Notes under the pieces: model-generated
What the model was told of the DNA's origin: nothing
What the model saw: only the letters and a program-made list of their open reading frames with translations
The model's database searches: none
In this document: positions 29,203-38,400 of the stretch, piece after piece
How the letters are laid out: each line of letters opens with the position of its first letter
Numbering within the stretch: the stretch's first letter is position 1
Made by a program: the position numbers and the translations under genes
Assembly (NCBI GenBank): GCA_963674785.1
Contig: OY771555.1
Coordinates: 74,511-138,510 of the forward strand
Source: Caldisericia bacterium
GTDB lineage: Bacteria; Caldisericota; Caldisericia; JAAYUI01
Length of the DNA: 64,000 nt
Direction: 5' to 3'

Positions 29203-29688
29203 ATGAAGACTCTGGTTGCCTACGCAACGAAATCTGGAACATCTGAAAAGTGCGCAAACCTTATCGCGAAGGAGTTTGACAATGTCGATATTGTAAACCT
29301 GTCAGAAACTGCACATCCGCAGTTCCTTGAATACGATCTGATCATTGCTGGTGGTCCAGTCCGAATGGCCAACCTTCACGCACATCTGATTAGGTTCTTG
29401 AAAGCAAACATCAGAAAGCTCGAAAAAAAGAATATCGCCCTTTTTATCTGTTGCATGGAACAGGGTGAAAAGGTTCAGGAACACATTGAAAAAGGATTCC
29501 CAAAACAGCTTCGTGAAGTAGCCCTTGCAATATCACATCTGGGCGCTGAGCTCAACTGGGACAAAATGGGCACGCTTGAACGTGCCATGATGAAAAAAAT
29601 TGTTTCATCCCAGAAGATTGATGAACCTTGTATCAATGAGGATGCAATAAAAGGATTTGTTGAGAAGATAAAGGCAAGCTTGGCCTAA
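29203..29688 (+). CDS. Flavodoxin-like protein (Flavodoxin_5/HemG-like fold)
   Basis: 'MKTLVAYATKSGTSEKCANLIAKEF...YDLIIAGGPVRMANLH' is a flavodoxin-type FMN-binding N-terminus. The protein is 161 aa. Confidence 0.6.
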   Translation: MKTLVAYATKSGTSEKCANLIAKEFDNVDIVNLSETAHPQFLEYDLIIAGGPVRMANLHAHLIRFLKANIRKLEKKNIALFICCMEQGEKVQEHIEKGFPKQLREVALAISHLGAELNWDKMGTLERAMMKKIVSSQKIDEPCINEDAIKGFVEKIKASLA

Positions 29689-31355
29689 TCCAAATCTATC
29701 TGATAGAGATCATAAACAAAATTCATATCATCAGCCTTCATATTTGAGGGGAGTGAGAAAAGTAGTTTGTTTCCATCAAGTTGCACACTTTCTTCTTTTA
29801 GGTTATATGCATCCCATCCTTTCATAACAGTCTCGGTCTTACCCTCTGAAACGTTAAAAAGATTGAGAGTTGATTTTTCACCCTTCTTTGAAGAAACATC
29901 TGGTCGATAAACAACGTATTTCTCATTACAAATATCAATATCAGATTTCGATTCCAGAATAAAAAGCTCGATTAAAGATTTTGAGATGTAATCAAACATA
30001 AAATATTTTTGACTACATAGATTCTTATTTGGAGGCGCATTGACTACATCTGCAAAATCGCAATCATTTCTTTCAAAAAACACAAACGCGGTCCTATTTT
30101 TTGAGTAATTGTTTATTGGATAAACAGAGCTAAAACTGTCAATAATAAAATCGAATGTTTGAAAAAAACTTATATCTTCGTTGGTCTTCTTGTATTCAAA
30201 ATACTCTAACTCAAAATCCATATAATCGACAAAAGATCCAACCTCATTATCGGGCTTAACCACAACGCCAATTTTGATTGCGTGTCGCTGTATACTCGCA
30301 TTTTTACACCTATCAATAATATTACGAGACCTGATCTTATCATATTTTTTAAATTCTGATACATCTTCTAGAACAATCTTCCTAGAATAAAACTCATCTA
30401 TTTTGAGTTTTTCTGTCGAATCAAAAAACATTGCCCTATTGATCACATTAACAAAAACACAGACCTCATTCAGCTTATGTTCATAATAAATATCCCATTC
30501 AATTTCATCGGGGCTTTCAGCAACAAGTCTTGGCTCTGGAATGACACCCTCTGCAAATTCTTTGTCCTCTAGATTGATGGCATAGACCTGAAAGCCTGAA
30601 CATTCTCCAGCATCATTCAATTTTTCCCTCTCATAAGCAATCCAGTTTTTGCATATCTTCAAATTACTTCTCATCAATGAATGCTTTGTGGCACGTGTTT
30701 CATCAAAACCAAGCTTTGAAAAATATATATCATTCATCAAGGTATAATCTTTTGTATGCCGTCTATCAAGCCAAGCAATATAATCATCATTCACTACGAC
30801 ATTATTCTCAAATTCATCGAAATCCATTACGGTTCGAACAGTTCCAATATGAGAAATAACGCCCGTTTCTTTATCCATCTTTTTTAGATATATCCGGTCG
30901 GAACGATTATCAAGGTCAATGTGAGATGCAAAAATAAGATATTTTTCATTTTGTTTAATTGATGTTGATGCAATATTTGAAAGCAAAAGCTTTGGTCTAT
31001 ATTTTGAGTTTTTTAAATGAACAAAAATCCATGAAATCAAGAGTACCGAAACTGTCAGGATAATGATTAAAGTAGAAAAAATCTTTACCGATTTTCTCTT
31101 CTTCGAAATTTTTTGAATGGCGACTTTTTCGGAATCTTCAAATCTATCCTTCCACACTTTCTGTTTTGCGAGTATCGAATCAGCAACCTTCAAAGCAGCA
31201 ACTTCTGCATACCCCTGAGTTTCGGAGATGTGCTTTGCGAGACTCTCTCTAACCTCTTCAAAGGGTTTAAGGATTTCGTTTTCGTCAATGCAATTCTCAC
31301 AATATTCTCCCAGCCTGTCGTGATTTCTACCACATGATTCACAAGTCTTACTCAT
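29685..31355 (-). CDS. Zinc-ribbon / single-TM / extracytoplasmic beta-propeller-like protein (paralogue A; anti-sigma-factor-like architecture)
   Basis: N-terminus 'MSKTCESCGRNHDRLGEYCENCIDENEILKPFEEVRESLAKHISETQGYAEVAALKVADSIL', then one TM ('IFSTLIIILTVSVLLISWIFV'), then a large domain with 'DDYIAWLD' and 'KNWIAYERE' repeats. Confidence 0.65.
   Translation of the reverse strand: MSKTCESCGRNHDRLGEYCENCIDENEILKPFEEVRESLAKHISETQGYAEVAALKVADSILAKQKVWKDRFEDSEKVAIQKISKKRKSVKIFSTLIIILTVSVLLISWIFVHLKNSKYRPKLLLSNIASTSIKQNEKYLIFASHIDLDNRSDRIYLKKMDKETGVISHIGTVRTVMDFDEFENNVVVNDDYIAWLDRRHTKDYTLMNDIYFSKLGFDETRATKHSLMRSNLKICKNWIAYEREKLNDAGECSGFQVYAINLEDKEFAEGVIPEPRLVAESPDEIEWDIYYEHKLNEVCVFVNVINRAMFFDSTEKLKIDEFYSRKIVLEDVSEFKKYDKIRSRNIIDRCKNASIQRHAIKIGVVVKPDNEVGSFVDYMDFELEYFEYKKTNEDISFFQTFDFIIDSFSSVYPINNYSKNRTAFVFFERNDCDFADVVNAPPNKNLCSQKYFMFDYISKSLIELFILESKSDIDICNEKYVVYRPDVSSKKGEKSTLNLFNVSEGKTETVMKGWDAYNLKEESVQLDGNKLLFSLPSNMKADDMNFVYDLYQIDLD
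31172..31355. repeat. Copy 1 of a roughly 185-bp near-identical direct repeat (5' ends of the tandem paralogues)
   Basis: 31172-31355 and 32781-32965 align with only scattered mismatches, e.g. 'agtatcgaatcagcaaccttcaaagc[a/c]gcaacttctgcatacccctgagtttc...'. Confidence 0.8.
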
Positions 31356-32965
31356 TGTCCACCAGCCTTCACGAGTTTATGAAGATCCCATTTGTATGCA
31401 TTTTTTTCATTTATTCTTTGTTCATAAATTTCCTCTTCATGTAGTCTTATATGGCCATTTGACTGAAGATCAAATGATGTGTATTTTTTCAACTCTTCAA
31501 GCTTTCTAGTTATAAAATCATATCGATATAGAGGAATATCTTCATCCCCACTTTCATAGTGTGGCACAAAAACAAATTGTGATGAGTTGAATGCAACACC
31601 TAAGGTTTTATTCATGTACTCATTTCTTCTAGGAGGGGCAATATCCTCAAAAAACATTTCGAGTTCACCCTCTTCAAAGTAGTAGCAATAAAAGCTACTA
31701 TTCTTCTTTGAAGTATTCTTTATTGTGATTTGTTCCCCGGGCTTATCTTTTAGATAGATAACTTGCTCACCTGGATCTTCAGTGAAAAAAACAACCTTTT
31801 CACCATCACCCCACTCATATCGAAGATTATCAAAAACTCCAATGGATTTTGAATCCTGTGTTTTTTTATCATACAAAAGCAGCTCAAATCTAGTTGGGGT
31901 TATCAATCGAACAAGATTGCTATCGGTAATATCTGAAAAATCGTTTATTTCTCTTTGATAGACAATAGTTTTATCAAACACATCAAGAATAGCCGTGTCA
32001 TCTGCAAATAATAATGGGTTTAGTTCAACAGTTTCACCATAAAATTGTCGCAAATCAAATCGATATGTGAAAGAATATATTCCTTCATCTGAAATTTCTT
32101 TTTGTTGGACAGCGAAAAGAAGAACCTTTCCATCGGGGCTCTTTTCAAGTTTCCATGTGTCGTTATCCTTGTAATAGTTAGGTTTGTCATAAACCACTTT
32201 CATTATCCTCATGCTTTCTGAATCAGGACGTGATAAATTGTGTGCATAAAATTCCATGTCCATATTATTTAATGCGACTCCATACACCAAACAGTTATCT
32301 AAAATCTTTATATCCCAATCATTTATAAACCTGTCTACCTGATCCGTGACAATTACAAAATTCCCATCAAAATCTGAGGCAAAAATTTTGTTTTCTACGG
32401 TCCAGGCAACGTAGTCATCAGTAATCCAAGATTGTCTCATGTTTCCCCAGGCCTGAAAATCCCATGGTTCACCGATTTGAGAAATTTCACCAGTTTTTTT
32501 ATTTTTTATATAAACACCGGAGAGATCTCCAACACTATCTTCATAGATATAAAAGTTTGAGTTCTGATGGATATATCCATATGCACTTTCAACAACCATC
32601 TTTTCAACATATGAAGATTTTTTAGTACCTGATGTAAACAATCCGGAAACAATTGCAACAACCAATAAGGCAACAATTGCACCAACAAAAAACGATGAGG
32701 CGAGAGGAAAGAACGGTTTTCTGTTTCCGGATTGTTTATCGGATTTTAAAAATCTAGCACTCCAAGCTGGCCTTGATTCAAGTATCGAATCAGCAACCTT
32801 CAAAGCCGCAACTTCTGCATACCCCTGAGTTTCAGAAATGTGTTTTGCAAGACTCTCTCTAACCTCTTCAAATGATTTGAGGTTTCCGTCCTTATCTACA
32901 CAATTCTCACAATATTCCCCCAACTTGTAGTGATTTCTACCACATGATTCGCAAGTCTTACTCAT
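31352..32965 (-). CDS. Zinc-ribbon / single-TM / extracytoplasmic beta-propeller-like protein (paralogue B)
   Basis: The N-terminal roughly 60 aa are nearly identical to paralogue A ('MSKTCESCGRNHYKLGEYCENCVDKDGNLKSFEEVRESLAKHISETQGYAEVAALKVADSIL'). One TM, then a divergent repeat domain ('DDYVAWTVENK'). It overlaps paralogue A by 4 nt and tetR by 8 nt. Confidence 0.65.
   Translation of the reverse strand: MSKTCESCGRNHYKLGEYCENCVDKDGNLKSFEEVRESLAKHISETQGYAEVAALKVADSILESRPAWSARFLKSDKQSGNRKPFFPLASSFFVGAIVALLVVAIVSGLFTSGTKKSSYVEKMVVESAYGYIHQNSNFYIYEDSVGDLSGVYIKNKKTGEISQIGEPWDFQAWGNMRQSWITDDYVAWTVENKIFASDFDGNFVIVTDQVDRFINDWDIKILDNCLVYGVALNNMDMEFYAHNLSRPDSESMRIMKVVYDKPNYYKDNDTWKLEKSPDGKVLLFAVQQKEISDEGIYSFTYRFDLRQFYGETVELNPLLFADDTAILDVFDKTIVYQREINDFSDITDSNLVRLITPTRFELLLYDKKTQDSKSIGVFDNLRYEWGDGEKVVFFTEDPGEQVIYLKDKPGEQITIKNTSKKNSSFYCYYFEEGELEMFFEDIAPPRRNEYMNKTLGVAFNSSQFVFVPHYESGDEDIPLYRYDFITRKLEELKKYTSFDLQSNGHIRLHEEEIYEQRINEKNAYKWDLHKLVKAGGQ
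32781..32965. repeat. Copy 2 of the roughly 185-bp direct repeat
   Basis: See copy 1. Confidence 0.8.
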
Positions 32966-33566
32966 TGTCCCCTCCTGTTATTTGACTAATGAAGAATTGT
33001 TTCAAAACATCCCCAAATCTTGTGATTACTTCTTGATTTGGAGAGTAGAGTTCTTTGTTTTCAAGATACCGATAAATCAGACCTATCCACATGTTTGACG
33101 CAATAATTGGGTCAGAGTTTGGAGAAACTGATTTTAGACAGTCAATGATCATTGATGAGATTTTCATCTCAAACTGAAGTGCCTGAAGTTTTGCTTTTTC
33201 AGGGAGAAGAGATTTTCTTACAATAAGGTTTACATAAAGCCCTTCATTATAACCGATCATTCTCAGATGTGATTCAATTGCAGTTTCCAATGGGATTGAG
33301 GAGTTATCAGATGGGAAAAAGTTTGAGGCTTTAAGGATATAGCTTTCTAAAACTGCAGATATTAACATCTCACGTGATCCAAAATGAGCAAAGATCGAAC
33401 CATGGGCAACTCCTGCAGCTTTTCCAGCCTGCTTGATGAAGCTTTCATTGACACCTTCAGCAGAAATTATTTCCGTTGCGGAGTCGATGATTTTTCTTCT
33501 GGTTTGTTCCTTTTTTTCAAGCCTTGATAGATTATCTGTCAAAGTATCTCCTTTTCGTTGACTCAC
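32958..33566 (-). CDS. TetR-family transcriptional regulator
   Basis: The N-terminal HTH 'RRKIIDSATEIISAEGVNESFIKQAGKAAGVAHGSIFAHFGSREMLISAVL' is typical of TetR_N. Confidence 0.8.
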   Translation of the reverse strand: MSQRKGDTLTDNLSRLEKKEQTRRKIIDSATEIISAEGVNESFIKQAGKAAGVAHGSIFAHFGSREMLISAVLESYILKASNFFPSDNSSIPLETAIESHLRMIGYNEGLYVNLIVRKSLLPEKAKLQALQFEMKISSMIIDCLKSVSPNSDPIIASNMWIGLIYRYLENKELYSPNQEVITRFGDVLKQFFISQITGGDNE

Positions 33567-33631
33567 TAGTCAATGACTACTTAGTCAATATAAAAAGATC
33601 GCCGAACTTTGTCAAGTTGTTTTGAGATTTA

Positions 33632-34102
33632 TTATGATAAGAATCTTTTTATCAAGCGCTTGGCAACTTCGTAAATTCCAGAAGTTGTTGACTCTCTTGG
33701 GCCAGCAATATTCAAAACTTTTATCTTGTTTTCCGAAATCCAGCTTAAGATCGATACAACTTTTTTCTGAGAGACTCTTTTGTTAATTGTGATTACCAAC
33801 AAGGGTTTTTTGGATTTTTCTGCGACATTCTTTGTCAGAAGCGTTCCACCAGTCGGCTCACTTCTTGTGATAATCAATGTACCATCAGAATCGTGGATAT
33901 TCATAATGGTTCTTTCGGGATATTTTCGGGTTTTGGTTTCTGACAAATTGTATTTATCAGGAATCCTTCCGTCTTCTGCAAGTCTTCCTTTTGGACACCA
34001 CCCACCATGAGGGATTCCCAATTCAATTGCGGCATCGAGAGCTGCTCTATCAACACCTGTTTGCCCACCAGATACAATTTTAAGATTCTTTTTCACGTGC
34101 AT
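33632..34102 (-). CDS. SLOG / 'molybdenum-carrier-like' Rossmann protein. The start is taken at 'MHVKKNLKIV'; the track ORF extends to 34201.
   Basis: 'IVSGGQTGVDRAALDAAIELGIPHGGWCPKGR' is the signature I associate with the PF12694-type LOG-like family. The assignment is from memory only. Confidence 0.45.
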   Translation of the reverse strand: MHVKKNLKIVSGGQTGVDRAALDAAIELGIPHGGWCPKGRLAEDGRIPDKYNLSETKTRKYPERTIMNIHDSDGTLIITRSEPTGGTLLTKNVAEKSKKPLLVITINKRVSQKKVVSILSWISENKIKVLNIAGPRESTTSGIYEVAKRLIKRFLS

Positions 34103-34178
34103 TGAAAATAAGATTTTAGCAAAGAACATGGGGAATGAAAGTACTGGAAATTTCCAAAAAATGGTGTAAAATTGAGGC

Positions 34179-35312
34179 ATGATAAACTTTACACAATACA
34201 ACCCGGTAAAAATTGTCTTCGGTCCAGGTGAAATAAAAAACCTTGGTATTCAGGCGAAAACTCTCGGTAATAAACCACTTGTTGTTTTTGGAATGAATTC
34301 AGCAAAAGAGACTGGACTTGATGAAAAATGTTTTCAGTTGTTGAAAGATTCAGGTCTAGAACCTGTACCATTCTATGGGATTGAACCAAACCCAAGAGAA
34401 TCGACATGTGATAAAGCTGCAGAGATTGCAAGAAACAAAAGTTGTGATTTTGTGATTGGGGTTGGTGGTGGTTCAGTTATGGACGCAAGCAAAACAATCG
34501 CTGCATCAGCATCCACAGGAAAACCTGTATGGTCACATGTAAAAAGGGAGGAACCTGTAACATCAGCTCTTCCAATCATGACAGTCTCAACACTTGCTGC
34601 AACAGGTTCAGAGTTCAACGCTGGAGCAGTTATAACCAATTGGGAAACAAATGAAAAGCTGGGGTTATTTTCACCACATATGTTCCCAAAAATCTCAATT
34701 CTTGACCCAGAACTTTCTATCACAACTCCACCAAACCATACTGCATATGGCGGAGTAGACATCATGATTCATGTACTCGAAACATACCTTACTTCAAGCG
34801 ATAACTACACACCTGTCCAGGATGGTATTAGCGAAGCCATCATGAAAACAGTCATCAAGTATCTACCAAAAGCATACAGCGCTGGAGATGATATTAATGC
34901 AAGGTCACAGCTTTCATGGACATCTGCAGTTGCTCTGTGTGGCATCCCAAACAACGGTCGCCCAGGTGGGTTTCTAATGCATTGGATGGAACACGTCTTA
35001 TCTGCCCATCACGACATCCCACACGGATTAGGTCTTTCATTCCTCTTGCCCCCAACACTTGAATATGTTTCTGAGGCATTCCCAAAAAGATACGAGATGT
35101 TTTTAAATAATGTGTGCAGCGACATAAAAGAGTTCCTAAAGTTGGTTAATTGTTATGTCACACTGGAGGATATAAATATTCCCGAATCAGACATACCAAA
35201 ATTTACAGATGATTTGTTTGCTCAAAAGGCTGTAGATGGAAAAATACCTGGAAATCCAAGCCTAACACGTGAAAAAGTTGCTAGAATATTCTCTGGGAAA
35301 TACAAGGAATAG
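34179..35312 (+). CDS. Iron-containing alcohol dehydrogenase
   Basis: 'CDFVIGVGGGSVMDASKTIA' is the Fe-ADH glycine-rich NAD motif. Conserved His are in the C-terminal half ('HVL...HHDIPHG'). Confidence 0.85.
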   Translation: MINFTQYNPVKIVFGPGEIKNLGIQAKTLGNKPLVVFGMNSAKETGLDEKCFQLLKDSGLEPVPFYGIEPNPRESTCDKAAEIARNKSCDFVIGVGGGSVMDASKTIAASASTGKPVWSHVKREEPVTSALPIMTVSTLAATGSEFNAGAVITNWETNEKLGLFSPHMFPKISILDPELSITTPPNHTAYGGVDIMIHVLETYLTSSDNYTPVQDGISEAIMKTVIKYLPKAYSAGDDINARSQLSWTSAVALCGIPNNGRPGGFLMHWMEHVLSAHHDIPHGLGLSFLLPPTLEYVSEAFPKRYEMFLNNVCSDIKEFLKLVNCYVTLEDINIPESDIPKFTDDLFAQKAVDGKIPGNPSLTREKVARIFSGKYKE

Positions 35313-35465
35313 GAAGCTTTTAACATTTATTTATCAGTTGATGGTTTTTTAGTTGGCTAGCTCTAACAAATTTGGTGAAAAAGGGTTAACTGTCAGTTAA
35401 TCCAATGTGTAATTAGTCTATTGACCAATTCAGGCAAAAGGCTAATCTAGTTGGTGGAGGTCAAT

Positions 35466-38400
35466 ATGAAAAAACTTGTTGCTGCCGTCATTTGTATATT
35501 ATTAGTCGCAGGGCTTGTCTTTATTTCCCCTGTTGTTTTTGCAGAAGAAATAAATGTAATTGATATTAATGCTACCATATCAGATGGAAGTGTGACTCTT
35601 AACTGGGAAAAGCAAACTGCATCCACAATCTATGTTTACAGGGATTACTACAAAAATGCTAAACCTGTGGCAACCCTCAACCCAACCGACACAAGCTTTA
35701 CAGAAAGCCCTACTCCTGGTAGCCACACATACTCAGTAATGATTATAGGTCGGGATGGTAGGGTTGCTTGTAGGTCTTCCGTTCTTCCGACATATATACC
35801 TCCAGAGTGTGAATATCCGGACAACACAATGATCAAACTTTGGATTGGCAAAAAAACAATGGGTGTTAACTGTGATACACAAGAAATCGATTCAGAACCA
35901 ATAATCATTCAATCAAACACTTTTGTTTCAATCAGACCAATCATTGAAGCTGTTGGTGGATCACTGGGTTGGGATGGAGCAACAAAATCTGTTATCGTAA
36001 ACCTTCCACCACATTCTGTTTCACTTTCAATTGGCAAAAACACCGCAACAGTTGATGGCAAAGAGGTGCAAATAAACAGCAATCCAGAAATCGTTCCCGT
36101 AATTGTAAATGGAAGAACAATGCTTCCATTCAGATTTATCGCTGAGAACCTCGAAGGAACAGTTGAATGGATCGGCTCTGAAAAGAGAATTGATATTCTT
36201 TTCCCGCTTCAGGAAAAAGTATCAGTAAGACGTGCAATGTCAGGAATGACATCTCTTGGAAGAAACTCACTTGGTCAGATAGTCAGTCTGAAAGATGTTG
36301 AAGAATTAGAAACAGACAATCCTATCGATGAGTTTCTAAAAGGGGCAAAGGTTTTAACTGGTACTGACTCAATTGAAGCAGTCCCGATTCTTGAATACAA
36401 GGACATAATTGGAAGACCAAACAGTTTGACAAAACTGTCTGACTGGCTTGGAATGTACAACCAAAACCTCAAAGCATACAAAATTTCATATAAATCAAAT
36501 CTGAGCAGTTTGAATGACTTTGATTCTGTTATTCTTCTAACCTCTGATGGTGAAATAGTTGATGCAACCTTTATCACTGCAGGTTTTGATTTCAATATTG
36601 AAAGTTCAGATACCGAAAAAATGAACTATCAAATACTGTTACCAAGAGCATCGGTAAAAAACAAAAAGTACACATGGAATATTGAATCAATCCCTATGAC
36701 TGCAAGCAGCAAAGTCACATCACTCAACTTAGATGAACCACCAGGATGTGACACATGTTCAAGGACAGTTGGCAATGCCAATCTATCTTTTGAAAACAAA
36801 GCAACAGAAAACCTCAGTCAAGCAAACAACATGTCGCTTGTTTTGCTTTCTTCTCTTGTTGATTTTTCCTTTGATATATCAGGAGGAGAAGGATTGACAT
36901 TATCACTTGATGAAGGTTGTGGATTCTTTCCGGGAACGTCATGCCCAAGCATTGATGGAGAGTTTGCTGAGTTTCAGCTTTCTATGGTTGACAATAGACC
37001 CCCAAACAACACATCAACAGTGAATAACTGCTCAGAAGCAGTAAAAGGCACATTCAACATAGCTGAATCAAACTCAAAATGGAACAGAGCAAGTGATGGA
37101 AAGTCTACAAATGAAGATTTCTTATCAATAAATATTGAGGATTCTTCAAGACCACGTTCAATTTCATTGGACATAAAAGAAAATGACCATATGTTCGGTT
37201 TCTTTAAGGTTTTTGCTCTGCCAAAAAGTATTTCTCTTTCACCCAATCCAATGCTGGATATCACTGTGCCAATCCTGAATTCGCCATCCGGAAAACAAGT
37301 TGGTAGATTCAGAGTCTCTGGAACATCTCAACTAAAAATTTCTTTCCCAAATGGAAAACCATCCTGCTGGTTTGGAGATGAAGACAAAGATGGTCAAACT
37401 AACCTCTCCATTAACACGATCGCAATTGATAAATCCACAGATTTTGACTGTCCTTGTGGTGAGACAAATGCCTTTGATTACGTTAATTATGAGATTATTC
37501 AAGAAGAGGGAGTAGGTTCAGTAATATTTGATGTCAGAGTGAACTCCGATATAGCATTTGTCCCAAAAAATGCAGAGGTTTCAATAGAGTTAATTAGGAA
37601 TGACGAGGTTGTCTCAACCCATGATGTATCCTACTCTGACCCATCACTTAATATAACTGATGACACAGCAGAGGCTGGAGAGTTTTATAAATACTGTTTA
37701 AAACTGATTTCAAATAGTGTTGAGATTGAAAACTATTGCATTGAAGAAGAACTTCAACCCAATCCATGGCTATTCTTCATGGAATGGAGCGATGTTCCAA
37801 ACGGAAGAGTTTTAGAAAAAAGCATCGAGAGAGGGTCAGAAGAAAGTTTTGATGTTATCATACACAACGTTTCAGAAAACGTTTTCAAAGCAGAACTCAG
37901 CATAAATAATCCAAATTACAAGTGGGATGTTTCATTTGTTGATAAAGAATCTCCGACATGGATTGAACTCAAACCCGGGCAAAAGGAAACAGTAACGCTA
38001 ACAATTTACCCAGACTCATCAATACCATCTGGGGAGAAAAACAACGTTGAAGTTGTTTTGAAAAGCGGACTCCAAACTATGGTTCTTACAGGCATTTTTT
38101 CTGTTTCTGCCCCAAGCTGCTCATATGAGATATCTTGGGTTTCTGGTGGAACAGGTATGGGAAATGATATTAGTCCAGGAACAGAGTTAATAGAAATCTT
38201 TACGATCAAAAACACAAGTAGCCAACAGCAACAATTTATTTTGGACTACAGCACCGAACAAGACAACACAAATACATTCTGGAATATAGGATTTAAAGAT
38301 CAGAGGAAGGGTGGGAAAATCTTCCTTGGGTCAGACGAAGAAACACAGGTGGCATTTGCAGTTTCATCGCCACAGGGAGCCAAAGATGGTGAGACTTTAA

